Assembly: GCA_963819215.1 (NCBI GenBank) | Contig: CAWFVK010000018.1 | Coordinates: 3,158-67,157 of the forward strand | Length of the DNA stretch: 64,000 nt | Reading direction: 5' to 3' | DNA from: an uncultured Actinomycetota bacterium | Lineage (GTDB): Bacteria; Actinomycetota; Actinomycetes; Prado026 | Made by a program: the position numbers and the translations under genes | Part shown: one piece after another, positions 55,238 to 64,000 of the stretch | Position numbering within the stretch: the stretch's first letter is position 1 | How the letters are laid out: the number at the start of each line of letters is the position of its first letter | Notes under the pieces: generated by a model | What the model was told of the DNA's origin: nothing | Databases searched by the model: none | Seen by the model: only the letters and a program-made list of their open reading frames with translations

Positions 55238-56065
55238 GTGGCAGTCCTCGATCGCCCCGCGTACTACCGCGAGAACGCCGTCCACCACGCCGCTCGAGGC
55301 GCCCGCCGACGCCCACCGGTGCGCACGCTGGCCGTCCTCTTCGCGCTGCTGACCGTCGGAGTCGTGACCGCGGCAGGTCCCATGCTGCACGTGGACAAGG
55401 CCCTGGGTTTCGCGCCATGGGCGGCCGCAAGCAGCTCGTTGTCCTCGGTGGCCACCACCGTGGCCCTGATCGGGCAGCGTGGCTACTCGGCGCCTTTCCT
55501 GCTGGTCGTCGCGGTGGTGCTGGCCTGGCGTCGACGGATGCTGCGCCCGGTCACGCTGGCGCTGGCTGGCCTGCTGGCGCTCAACGTCGTCGTCGGCGGC
55601 ATCAAGCTCGTGGTCGCTCGACCCTCCCCGCTCGACGGTGACTGGCTGCCGTTCGCGGGTGGCACGGACTTCCCCTCCGGGCACACCTCGAACACGGTGC
55701 TCACCTGGGGCCTGCTCGCCTGGCTGGTCCTCACCTTCGCCCGGGCGGGCAGCACCCGCTGGCGGCGGCGCGCGGCCGTCGGGTTCGTGGTGCTGGCCTC
55801 GCTCGCGGTGGGCGCCGCCTCGCTCTACCTCCGCACACACTGGATCTCGGACATCGTCGGCGGCTGGATCATCGGATTCCTCTTGCTGCTACTGGTGACC
55901 GGCCTGCACACCTCGCCGCGCTGGTCGGCTCGCCTCAATCGCCTCGAGTGTTGGGTGCTGCGCGCAGATCGGCGCTCCCGGCGCCACACCAGTTCCGCCG
56001 AGGAACTCCTTCGAGAGGGCGCGCCACGCGCGCAACGCTTCGGGCTGGTCCGACGCCTCACCTGA
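55238..56065 (+). CDS. PAP2-family phosphatase (membrane)
   Basis: GGAGAGGAGGA precedes GTG at 55238. The PAP2 motifs KLVVARPSP, PSGHT and LRTHWISDIVGG sit within multiple TMs. Confidence 0.8.
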   Translation: MAVLDRPAYYRENAVHHAARGARRRPPVRTLAVLFALLTVGVVTAAGPMLHVDKALGFAPWAAASSSLSSVATTVALIGQRGYSAPFLLVVAVVLAWRRRMLRPVTLALAGLLALNVVVGGIKLVVARPSPLDGDWLPFAGGTDFPSGHTSNTVLTWGLLAWLVLTFARAGSTRWRRRAAVGFVVLASLAVGAASLYLRTHWISDIVGGWIIGFLLLLLVTGLHTSPRWSARLNRLECWVLRADRRSRRHTSSAEELLREGAPRAQRFGLVRRLT

Positions 56066-56172
56066 CCCCGAGTCCCGACATCCCCCAGCACGTCCGCGCC
56101 CGTCGCAGCCGTGCACTCGTCGCAGCCGTGGTGATCGCAGTCGTGGTGACGCGCAGTAGTGTTGATGCAGAT

Positions 56173-56202
56173 CGAGGGGTCGTCCCGCCAGACGGCCCCT
56201 CG
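56173..56202. terminator. Hairpin between convergent genes (candidate terminator)
   Basis: CGAGGGGTCGTC-CCGCCA-GACGGCCCCTCG forms a 12-bp stem with one mismatch and a 6-nt loop. There is no U-tract. Confidence 0.35.
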
Positions 56203-56230
56203 TTCGCTGTCTGGTGTCGCTCGGAGCTTG

Positions 56231-56686
56231 TTAAGGCACCAGGGTGGGCGAGGCCGCTGCCGGGGGCTCGGCCGCAGGCGCGACCAGGTCGACCGCCGCA
56301 ACCTCATGGTGGGCATGCTCCGCCGGGAGGCCGGTCGACGCCGCGACGAGGTCCTCGATCCGTGAGGCCATCGCGATGTCGACCGCCGTGACTCCGCCGC
56401 GACCTAGGGTGACGGTCACGACGCCCGCCGCCTTGTCGAGGGCGGCGCCATGATCGAGCGTGCTCTCTGTCTCGTGGATGCGGCTGACCAAGGTCGTCAG
56501 CTGCTCTTCGGTCGCCTCGACCTCGCGCCAGATTCCCGCTGCGTCGCCGCGCCAAGCCGGCAAGGCAGTGAGCGAGTCAGCGACGATGCCTGCCGCCAGC
56601 ACCGTCGGGTCCCCAGGGGCAGGGTGCGAAGAAGATGATCCCGCGTCGCGGGAGGTGTCAGCCAGGTCGTCAGGTGTGGTGGTCAT
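56231..56686 (-). CDS. Pterin-4a-carbinolamine dehydratase (PCD/DCoH)-like protein, degenerate
   Basis: ATG at 56686 (MTTTPDDL...). The pattern LPAWRGD..GIWREVEAT...VSRIHETES..DHGAALD....VTVTLGRGGVTAVDIAMASRIEDL resembles PCD family proteins but lacks the HHP motif. The assignment is tentative. Confidence 0.35.
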   Translation of the reverse strand: MTTTPDDLADTSRDAGSSSSHPAPGDPTVLAAGIVADSLTALPAWRGDAAGIWREVEATEEQLTTLVSRIHETESTLDHGAALDKAAGVVTVTLGRGGVTAVDIAMASRIEDLVAASTGLPAEHAHHEVAAVDLVAPAAEPPAAASPTLVP

Positions 56687-56798
56687 GTGCCGGAGATACC
56701 CGCGGCTCCCCCAACAGAAACCCCGTGCACGCTCCGTGCCTGCGCATTGGGCCCGCGCGTGCGTGTTTGGCTCCGGCAGACGGGGGTAACGGGAAGGT

Positions 56799-57480
56799 AT
56801 GACGATGCAGACCACCGGTGAGAGCGTCCTCGACGGCGCTTCGACAGCTGTCCAGAGTGGCGTGAACGATGCGCGGGACACCTTCGCGGGGGCGCGGGAC
56901 AACCTCGCGGGGGTCCGCGAGAGCCTTGCCGACGCCCTCAGCGACGCGAGGGATCGCGTGAGCCCAGCGCTCGAGAGCCGCGGTGCTGCGGGCTCGCTCA
57001 GAGGTCGCTCCGCGACTGGACGGGCTCGCCGACTCCCTCGACCAGATCACGCCAGAGCACATCACCGCGGTGGTCGCCGTTCCTGCGGCTGGGCTCTCCC
57101 GCCGCCTTCGCCGCACGGCTTCCAGCGTCCGGCCGGCTCCGGCCAGCAGGCGATGGGTCTGGGCGGTCGGCCTCGTCGCCGCCGGGGCAGCGGGCGCGTA
57201 CGCCTTCCGTACGGTGCGCCGTCGGCGCGCGGCTGACGCCTGGGGAGCCGACGCCGCGTTCGGCCCTGTTCCCAGCCGAGGGGTCGATGAAGCGAAGAGC
57301 TACGCCGCTCAGGTCAACGACGTACGAGCGCACGAGACCGCAGACGACTCGAAGGCCGGCGTGATCGACATGCGAGCCAAGGCAGCCGAGACCCTTGCCA
57401 AGGCCAGCGCCAAGGTGGCCGACGCCGGCTCGAAGATCGGTGACAAGGCGGAGTCCGCCGTGTCGGAGGCCAAGGACTAG
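56799..57480 (+). pseudogene. Hypothetical membrane-anchored helical protein, one frame break near 56985
   Basis: GGGAAGG precedes ATG at 56799 (MTMQTTGESVLDGASTAVQSGVNDARDTFAGARDNLAGVRESLADALSDARDRVSPALESR). The reading continues in ORF 56983-57480 (SEVAPRLDGLADSL... TM WVWAVGLVAAGAAGAYAF ... KAAETLAKASAKVADAGSKIGDKAESAVSEAKD). Confidence 0.5.
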
Positions 57481-57699
57481 TCAGACGAGGTCCGCTACGC
57501 CTCGGGGATGGTCGGGGCCTCGGGGATGGGCGGGCGCTCACGGCCCGGCATCGGCTCGTCGCCCACCGGCGGCTGGTCCGGCGTGGGCACAAGGGGATCT
57601 GGGTCGGGCGGAGGGTCGGTCGGGCCCGTGGGAATGGTCATGCGGCAGCCCTACCCGGCCAGTTCGCTGCACAAACTCTGGCGTCGCCCATGCTCAACC

Positions 57700-59166
57700 T
57701 CAGACGATCACGTCGAACAGGTGCCAGAAGCCGGCAAGCTGCGTCGTCGCCTCCACGCCGCCCGTCGGGTTGACCGCGTTCGCGAGCAGGCGCCCTCCGT
57801 TGGTCCGGGTGATGATCACGGCGCGACTCCCCCGCACCTGGTTGACGCTGACCACTGACGGCCCGAGGTACGGCCGCAGGACAGGCTTCGGAGCAACCGG
57901 TGGCGCCATAGGCGCCTTGACTCCCGCAGCCTCACGGTCGTCTCGGCCGTCGATGCTCGCGGTCCGCGCGGCTTGCTTGGCGGCCGCGGCCTCGGCGGTA
58001 CTCGGCTTCGGCGCGGCGGGGGTGCGCGGCGCGATGACCCGTGGCAGTCCGGCGATCTGCACCAGAGCGCCCCAGGTGTGGCCGGGGCCGCCAGGGACCA
58101 CGACCCAGGTCCCGTCGCGGCGGTGCCCGAGGAGATCCGGGCGCCCATCAGCGTTCACGTCGCCCGGCGACACGATGGCGTCGAACGAGTCGTAGTGCAG
58201 GCCGATCTCCCGCTGGCCGCGGAGCCCGCCACGGCCGTTACCCGCGAGCAGCCACAGCGAACCGTCGGTGTGCCGGGCCAGCAGGTCGGCGTGCCCGTCG
58301 CCGTCGAGGTCTCCGGACGAGACGAGCAGGTTGATGTCCTGCTGGTGGGTCGCGAGGCGGGTCGGCGCGAAGAACCCGCCATGGCCGTCACTCGGGTAGT
58401 ACCAGAGCTCACCGTTCTTCGTGAGCGCCACCAGACCGGGATGCCCGTTGCTGTCGAAGCCCGCCACCTCGACGAAGGTCCGGACGTCGGCCCAGCCGGT
58501 GGCGATCTCGCGCGCCGGGCCGAAGCCGCCCTTGGCCAGTCCGGGGAAGAGCCAGAGCGAGCCGTCGGAGGTCCGCCGGGCCACGAGGTCAGTGATGCCG
58601 TCGCCGGTCCAGTCGCGGGCGCCGTTGCTCACAGTCAGCTTGTCGTAGCGGTAGGGGATGAACTTCTCCGCGGCCAGCAGCGACGTCGTGTAGTAGCCGG
58701 AGTCGAGATGCGCCGCGCTCCCCGGGTGGGACTCCTCCATGACCACCGCACGCGTCCGGGCGGAGTCAGCCCACCGGACGAAGAGCACAGCATGGCCAAC
58801 GAAGGTCGAGTCGATCATGTCGCCGGGCTGGAGCTTGCTGTAGTCGCCGACGACGCCCAGCGCCTGCGACACCGAGGGCAGGGACGCGGTCGTGAGCGAC
58901 GACGAGAGGTGCCAGGCCATCGACACGAAGCCGGAGCAGTCGGTCCGGTAGAGGTGCCCGTCCGGGTCGGGCGCGTAGGCGGTCTGGCTGTAGGGAACGG
59001 AGGCGCTCACCCAGAGCTGACCCCTCGCCACGACGTCCTGAGCGGTGATCGGGGCGGTCGTCGTGCTCGCGCTGGCGGGCGGGACCTGCGAGGACTGCAC
59101 CGCCACCGAGACACCAACCATGCCCAGCATGGCCAGCGCAGCCGTCCCTATCGCTGCCTTCCGCAT
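57700..59166 (-). CDS. Secreted NlpC/P60-like cysteine peptidase domain protein with FG-GAP/VCBS repeats
   Basis: ATG at 59166 (MRKAAIGTAALAMLGMVGVSVAV signal). YRTDCSGFVSMAW and GHAVLFV fit an NlpC/P60-type Cys/His pair. Four FG-GAP-like repeats are present (DWTGDGITDLVARRTSDGSLWLFPG, FDSNGHPGLVALTKNGELWYYP, GDLDGDGHADLLARHTDGSLWLL, GDVNADGRPDLLGHRRDGTWVVV). They are followed by an unassigned ~130-aa C-terminal region. Confidence 0.7.
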   Translation of the reverse strand: MRKAAIGTAALAMLGMVGVSVAVQSSQVPPASASTTTAPITAQDVVARGQLWVSASVPYSQTAYAPDPDGHLYRTDCSGFVSMAWHLSSSLTTASLPSVSQALGVVGDYSKLQPGDMIDSTFVGHAVLFVRWADSARTRAVVMEESHPGSAAHLDSGYYTTSLLAAEKFIPYRYDKLTVSNGARDWTGDGITDLVARRTSDGSLWLFPGLAKGGFGPAREIATGWADVRTFVEVAGFDSNGHPGLVALTKNGELWYYPSDGHGGFFAPTRLATHQQDINLLVSSGDLDGDGHADLLARHTDGSLWLLAGNGRGGLRGQREIGLHYDSFDAIVSPGDVNADGRPDLLGHRRDGTWVVVPGGPGHTWGALVQIAGLPRVIAPRTPAAPKPSTAEAAAAKQAARTASIDGRDDREAAGVKAPMAPPVAPKPVLRPYLGPSVVSVNQVRGSRAVIITRTNGGRLLANAVNPTGGVEATTQLAGFWHLFDVIV

Positions 59167-59297
59167 GCTCCTCCTTCGGATCTGCTGACTCCGAGGTTTG
59201 GCCGTCCACTCCAGCATCTGTCAGGGTGGTCCCCGCCGCACGTGGCGCCACTCCGTGTTCTCGGTTTGCCCCGGCACCCCAAGGGCAGGATCACGGC

Positions 59298-60308
59298 GTG
59301 CCCCGCCTTCGCCGCAGCAACCCGGGAAGCGACGGCATCAGTCGTCGGAGAGCAGGCCGGGGCTTTCGGTACGTCCGCGCCGACGGGCTGCCGGAGACCG
59401 ACGGCCCCACCTTGGAACGGATCAAGGCTCTGGTGATCCCACCGGCGTGGACCGAGGTGTGGATCAGTCCGCATCCCAACGGACACATCCAGGCCGTCGG
59501 CACCGATGCAGCAGGTCGGCGTCAGTACCTGTATCACGAGCACTGGCGTCTCCAGCGGGACAAGGACAAGCACGAGCGGGTGCTGGGGATGGCGCGGCGA
59601 CTGCCGGCGGCGCGTCGCAGGGCGACACGGCTCCTGGCGCACGACCAACCGACCCGCGAGGTCGTCCTCGCCCTCGCGTTCCGGCTGCTCGACGTCGGCT
59701 CCTTCCGTATCGGCTCCGAGGCGTACGCCAAGGAGAACGACACCTACGGCCTGGCCACGTTGCTGCGCTCCCAGGTGAGCGTCGAGGGCCGGACGCTGAC
59801 CTTCCGCTACTCGGCCAAGGGCTCCGCCGACCGGCAGCAGCGGATCGTCGACGGGCGGCTGGCCAGCCTCGTCGGGCTGCTCCTCGACCGGGACGACCGC
59901 GGTCCCGAGCTGCTCGCCTGGGCGACGGACGCCGGCTGGCACGACGTGAGCAGCCAGGACGTGAACGAGTTCGTGCGCGAGATCATCGGCGATGACTACA
60001 CCGCGAAGGACTTCCGGACCTGGAACGCGACGGTGCTCATGGCCCAGCTCCTGGCACTCGCAGAGCCGGCCGGTACCGAGCGGGCGAGGAAGAGGGTGGT
60101 GGTCGACGCCTACCGGGGCGTGGCGGACTACCTCGGCAACACCCCGGCGGTGGCCAGGGGTTCGTACGTGGACCCCCGCGTGGTCGATCTGTACGCCGAT
60201 GGTGTCGTCCTGCCGCGACGGGTGATCCCAGCGCGCCACACGTCGCTGCCTGTCCATGGTGCCGTCGAGCGCGCGGTCCTGCGCATGCTCGACGATCCGG
60301 CTCGCTGA
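59298..60308 (+). CDS. DNA topoisomerase IB (poxvirus-like bacterial type)
   Basis: AAGGGCAGGA precedes GTG at 59298. Motifs seen: GFRYVRADG, IPPAWTEVWISPHPNGHIQAVGTDAAGRRQYLYH, FRIGSEAYAKENDTYGLATL, TAKDFRTWNATV, and LGNTPAVARGSYVDPRV, which holds the expected catalytic Tyr context. Confidence 0.8.
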   Translation: MPRLRRSNPGSDGISRRRAGRGFRYVRADGLPETDGPTLERIKALVIPPAWTEVWISPHPNGHIQAVGTDAAGRRQYLYHEHWRLQRDKDKHERVLGMARRLPAARRRATRLLAHDQPTREVVLALAFRLLDVGSFRIGSEAYAKENDTYGLATLLRSQVSVEGRTLTFRYSAKGSADRQQRIVDGRLASLVGLLLDRDDRGPELLAWATDAGWHDVSSQDVNEFVREIIGDDYTAKDFRTWNATVLMAQLLALAEPAGTERARKRVVVDAYRGVADYLGNTPAVARGSYVDPRVVDLYADGVVLPRRVIPARHTSLPVHGAVERAVLRMLDDPAR

Positions 60309-60356
60309 AGAAGGCTCAGGCCGGTTCGACCGCCGCAATCCGGGTAGGGAGCTGTC

Positions 60357-61236
60357 ATGTCGAACCTTGCAGCTCTGCTCGAACGGGTCACGCTCGCTCT
60401 CGAGCACGCGACCGTCCTCGACGGCCCCTCGAAGGTGGCCCAGAAGCTGACCTCGAAGGTGACGATCGGTCGGTCCAAGGCACTGCTCTCCGGAACCGAT
60501 GCCGGCCACCCGCTGCACCCGGCGCTGGTCTCCGTCCCGATCGGTGCGTTCGCGTGCACGGTGCTGCTCGACCTCACCGGCGGCGACCCTCGCTCGAGCC
60601 GACGCGTGCTGGGCTTCGGGCTGCTGAGTGCCCTCCCGGCGGTCGCCGCCGGGGCGAGCGACTGGTCGGACACCGAAGGCGCCGAGCGCAGGGTCGGAGC
60701 CGTCCACGCGCTCGCGGCCTCGACCGGCCTCGCGCTGCTCACGCAGTCGTGGTGGTCCCGGCGCACCCAGAGCTCCTCGGGCATCGGCTCGGCGCTGCTG
60801 GGGGTGACGCTCATCGGCGGCGCTGGCTGGTTGGGCGGACATCTCGCCTACGCGCTTGGGGTCGGTGTCGATACGACGGCGTTCCAGCGCATGCCTGCGG
60901 ACTGGGCAGATGCCTGCGGCGAGGCGGATCTCGTCGAGGGCAGGCTGATCCCCGCGACGGTGGACGGAACGCCACTGGTGCTGGTCCGCGAGGGCAGCTC
61001 AGATCTACGCGTTGGCTGACCGTTGCACCCATCGAGGCGCCCCGCTGCACGAAGGTCTGATCGAGAACGGCTGCATCGAGTGTCCCTGGCACCAGAGCCG
61101 ATTCTCGCTGAGAGACGGGGCGGTGGTGCAGGGCCCGGCCACGCGCCCGCAAGCCTGGCTCGAGACCCGCGTACGGGATGGCCGGGTTCAGGTGCGCGCA
61201 GACGAGATGCGTGCGCTGCGGCAGAACCCCGTCTGA
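60357..61236 (+). pseudogene. DUF2231 membrane domain fused to a Rieske [2Fe-2S] domain, one frame break near 60998
   Basis: DUF2231 part: HPLHPALVSVPIGAFACTVLLDL...HALAASTGLALL...GGHLAYALGVGV. After ...PLVLVREGS an extra T breaks the frame. The Rieske part CTHRGAPLHEG...CPWHQSRF continues in ORF 61012-61236. Confidence 0.7.
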
Positions 61237-61247
61237 CCGCACGGCCG

Positions 61248-64000
61248 TCACGACCCGGCCCCAAGGGGCGCGGCGACGGACCAGTTCACGTTGTCAGTGG
61301 CCCACACCAGCGTCGTGCCGGATGGGATGGGCAAGTGGTCGCCACGAAGCTCCCGAACGTTCCGACTCCCCCGGACACCGACTCGACCTGGGTCGCCGCG
61401 CTGCTGAGAATCACACAGCCGCCATTGAGGCGATCGCGCGTTGCTGCGGCACGAACCCGCCGTCTTGTCCCCCAAGGCGTAGAGGAAGACCGACGTGGAG
61501 GGTACAGCGCTCGGTGTGATGACCGCCCACCCTTCACCGGTGACAGACACGGCCCCGTTCGACGCCGCCGACACCGTGATGGAGACGGGCGGGAGGTATT
61601 CGACATCTTGGCTGACGGTCGTGTTCCCCGCGGTCACGACAAGCACGTACTCACCCGTAGTGCAGGTAGCCCGTGACCCCAGCCTGGGCACCGTTGCCGC
61701 GTCCGTCGTTGATGGCGCCGGAGGCATCGGTCTTCGCGGCTGCTCCGGACATCGTCATGCGACACCGGGGTGCACGATGATCCGTCCATCGAACAGAGGC
61801 TCGCCGTCAGTAAGGTCGAGACGGCGAAGTGCGTGCCGTAGACCAGGAAGTTGGCATCGAGGACGGGGATTCCGCTGAGGGTGGTGCCATCGGTCCAGTG
61901 AGTCGGCTGACCCCGCGGCCACATCGCTGATGACGATCGAGAACTGCTTGGTGGCGGAGGTCGTCGTGCCCGACGTGGCCTGAACGGAGAACGTGAAGGT
62001 CCCCGGCGCGCGTGGAGCGCCGCCGATGGTGCCGTTGGCGGCAATGTCAGTCCCGGCGGCAGCTGGGACCCCGAGGCCAGGGCGTAGGTGCACGTTGGGG
62101 AAGCCGGGAGTGGCCGTCAGCGTCGCCCTATACGTCTGATTCACCGTCCCGTTGGGCAAGGAGGTCGTCGTGATGGCCAGCGTCGACGGGTGGAGCGGCG
62201 ACGATCGTGATGGTGAAGGTGGCGGTCGTGGACGTGCCATCGGCGGCAACTGCCTGCACCGAAAACGTCGTGCTGCCCGCGCGTGGTCGGGCTCCCCGAA
62301 AGCACCACCTGTGGTCTGAGCGTCAGCCCCGGCGGCAAGGCGCTGCCGGGCGGCAACGACCAGGATCGCACCCGTCGACGCCGACAACGTGAACGAGTAC
62401 GTGGACCCCACCGTCCCGCCCGGCAACGACGACGTGGTGATCGTGCGAATCGGTGCGATCACGATGGTGTAGGTGGCCGTCACGACGTGGCGTGCCACTG
62501 CCCGCATCAGCCTGGACCGTGAACGTGAAGCTGCCCGATTGGGTCGGCGTACCGGTAAGCGCACCGCCAGGGTTGAGGCTGAGCCCATGGGTAGCTGGCC
62601 CTGCGACACCGTCCAGTTCGCGGGCAACGACGAGCCGAAGCCGAACGAGTAGTACACCCCTACCTTTCCGTTCGGCGGTGCACCCGAGGTGATGGCGTTG
62701 GCTCCCGCAACCTGAATGGTGAAGGTGGACCTGCGTGGTGTGAACGCTGCTGTCCAACGGGTTCGTGTTCTTGGCCTGCACGGAGAACTGGAAAGTCCCC
62801 GCCGTGGTCGGGTGGCCCGAGATCGTGCCGCTCTGGTCGATGGTCAGTCCCGGCGGTAGTCCCGGGGACGAGATGATCGAAACGGCTGGCGCCGGATTGC
62901 CGCCGATCGAGATACCGGTGGAGTAATAGTTGCTCCCGACCTGCGCCGTGGCTGCGGGGGCCCCGGTGATCGTTGGCACTGCGTAAACCGAGATCGTGAT
63001 CTGGTAGGTGACCGTTGCCGTCTGCTTGATGCCATTGACGAAGTTTGTTGCCTGCAGCGTGAAGGTGAAGGTCCCGGCCTGCGTGGGAATACCGGAGAGC
63101 CCGCCGCTTCTGGGTGAGGGTCAGTCCGGGAGGCAGGCTTCCACTCGCGACAAGCAGGGTTGGAGTCGGGGTACCTCCGACCGAAACACCGGACGAGTAC
63201 AACAGTCCCACTTCGCCCTGCGGATTTGGCGATCCGGACAAGCTGGCTGGTACAGGCATCGGACTGATCGTGATAGTCAGGGACCCCGTGGTAGCGGTCG
63301 TAATGGTGCTGCTTATCGTCTGGGTAGCCGTCAACACGAAGGTGAACCTGCCAGGCGTCGTCGGGATCCCGCTGATCGCGCCGCTCGGAGACAGCGAGAG
63401 GCCCGGAGGCAGGATGCTCCTGAGGTGACCTGAAGCGTGGGAGCCGGGTAGCCGGTGACTGTCACGCCAGAGGAGTACAGGGCGCCGACCGTTCCCGTCG
63501 GGCTGGGAGCTCCCGTGATGGTCGGCGCCGACTGCACGGGCGCCGACTGGATGGTTATGGTGGCCCACGCGGACGCATTCGGTAGAATTCCGTTCGCTGC
63601 CGTCACCTGGAAGGTGTAGGTGCCGCTCGTCGTTGGCGTGCCCGACACCTCCCATCCGTTGCCAGGGTGAGACCGGGCGGAAGCTGGCTGCCGCTCGTCC
63701 ACGTAACAGATGGCTGCGGACTTCCGGTGACCGTGAACGCCGACGAGTAAGCAGTACCCACCGTGCCAGTACTCGTGGGTACCCCGGTAATCTGCGGCGA
63801 CACGGGGCTGAGACTGAGCCCATCGGAGGTTGTTCCCCACCACTGATGATGATCGTTGCCATCGCAGGCAGCCGTATTGTCTCCGTACAGGGTGGCCCTT
63901 GCCGTTCCCCACGTGTTCAGGCATCCAGCAGTTCGCACTTTGGTACTGAACGAAGCTGTGCTGCCCTGCACGCCCTGAACGGACCACTGCTGGGCCGCGA
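61248..64000 (-). pseudogene. Giant cell-surface protein built of He_PIG-type putative Ig repeats (5' end beyond window), many frame breaks, lower GC
   Basis: Repeated units match the form ...LPPGL(S/T)L..SG.ISG.PTT.G.(F/Y)TF.V.A.. Examples are LPPGLSLSPSGAISGIPTTPGRFTFVLTAT, LPPGLTIDQSGTISGHPTTAGTFQFSVQAKN, GLSLNPGGALTGTPTQSGSFTFTVQAD and SGTPTTSGTYTFQVTAANG. They are scattered over ORFs 61248-61727, 61755-62657, 62323-62979, 62660-63862, 63331-63987 and 63603-63971 in all three frames. Confidence 0.65.

Noticed and set aside
56085-56165. Cys/His-rich peptide (..TTARHHDCDHHGCDEC..) on the minus strand between the PAP2 and PCD-like genes, with a duplicated GTCGCAGCCGTG motif
   Set aside because: There is no in-frame start codon after the PCD-like stop. 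The frame belongs to a long antisense ORF (55825-56316) overlapping two real genes. It is probably a chance product of GC-rich sequence.
57495-57641. 48-codon proline-rich ORF (MTIPTGPTDPPPDPDPLVPTPDQPPVGDEPMPGRERPPIPEAPTIPEA) downstream of the NlpC/FG-GAP gene, minus strand
   Set aside because: GC3 is high, but the ORF is short, low-complexity, lacks a convincing SD and has no recognisable family. It cannot be supported from sequence alone.

Overview
Very GC-rich chromosomal segment, about 70% G+C by eye with third codon positions almost all G/C. Gene content points to a high-GC Actinomycetota genome. I can support about 55 protein genes and one tRNA. I saw no rRNA, CRISPR array, transposase or integrase. 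Left to right: (1) a peptide-type ABC importer plus amidase whose motifs are intact but scattered over all three frames; (2) two amidohydrolases, a TetR regulator and a serine hydrolase; (3) small detox and regulatory genes (VOC, GNAT, XRE-cupin, two AhpD/CMD-like, PLDc_N), an alpha/beta hydrolase and a DHA2 MFS pump with an extra C-terminal wHTH-like tail; (4) the most interesting locus. It holds two convergent, about 1330-codon paralogous secreted proteins bracketing bfd-bfr (with an IdeR-like iron box), a nitronate monooxygenase and an aldo/keto reductase. Each protein has a signal peptide, a propeller-like region, a malectin domain, a second propeller-like region, a PKD domain and three copies of an unnamed ~130-aa Cys-pair module. 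One copy is divergently transcribed from an intact PAS-GGDEF-EAL gene; (5) a YcnI-CopC-CopD/CtaG copper cluster; (6) a phosphodiester glycosidase and a ubiA-like/dprE1/dprE2 decaprenyl-phospho-arabinose operon; (7) an ECF sigma, ZAS anti-sigma and Tat-Rieske module with an 18-bp x3 tandem repeat carrying an ECF-type promoter; (8) GH13 alpha-glucosidase, PLP decarboxylase, SRPBCC, TauE, pntAA-pntAB-pntB, upp, tadA and tRNA-Ser(CGA); (9) PAP2, an NlpC/P60 plus FG-GAP protein, a bacterial type IB topoisomerase and a DUF2231-Rieske fusion; (10) a lower-GC, heavily frame-broken giant surface protein gene built of He_PIG-type Ig repeats that runs off the right edge. Reading-frame breaks are very frequent and unevenly distributed. 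Motifs are preserved, so many may be assembly indels rather than true pseudogenes. This cannot be settled from the sequence alone.
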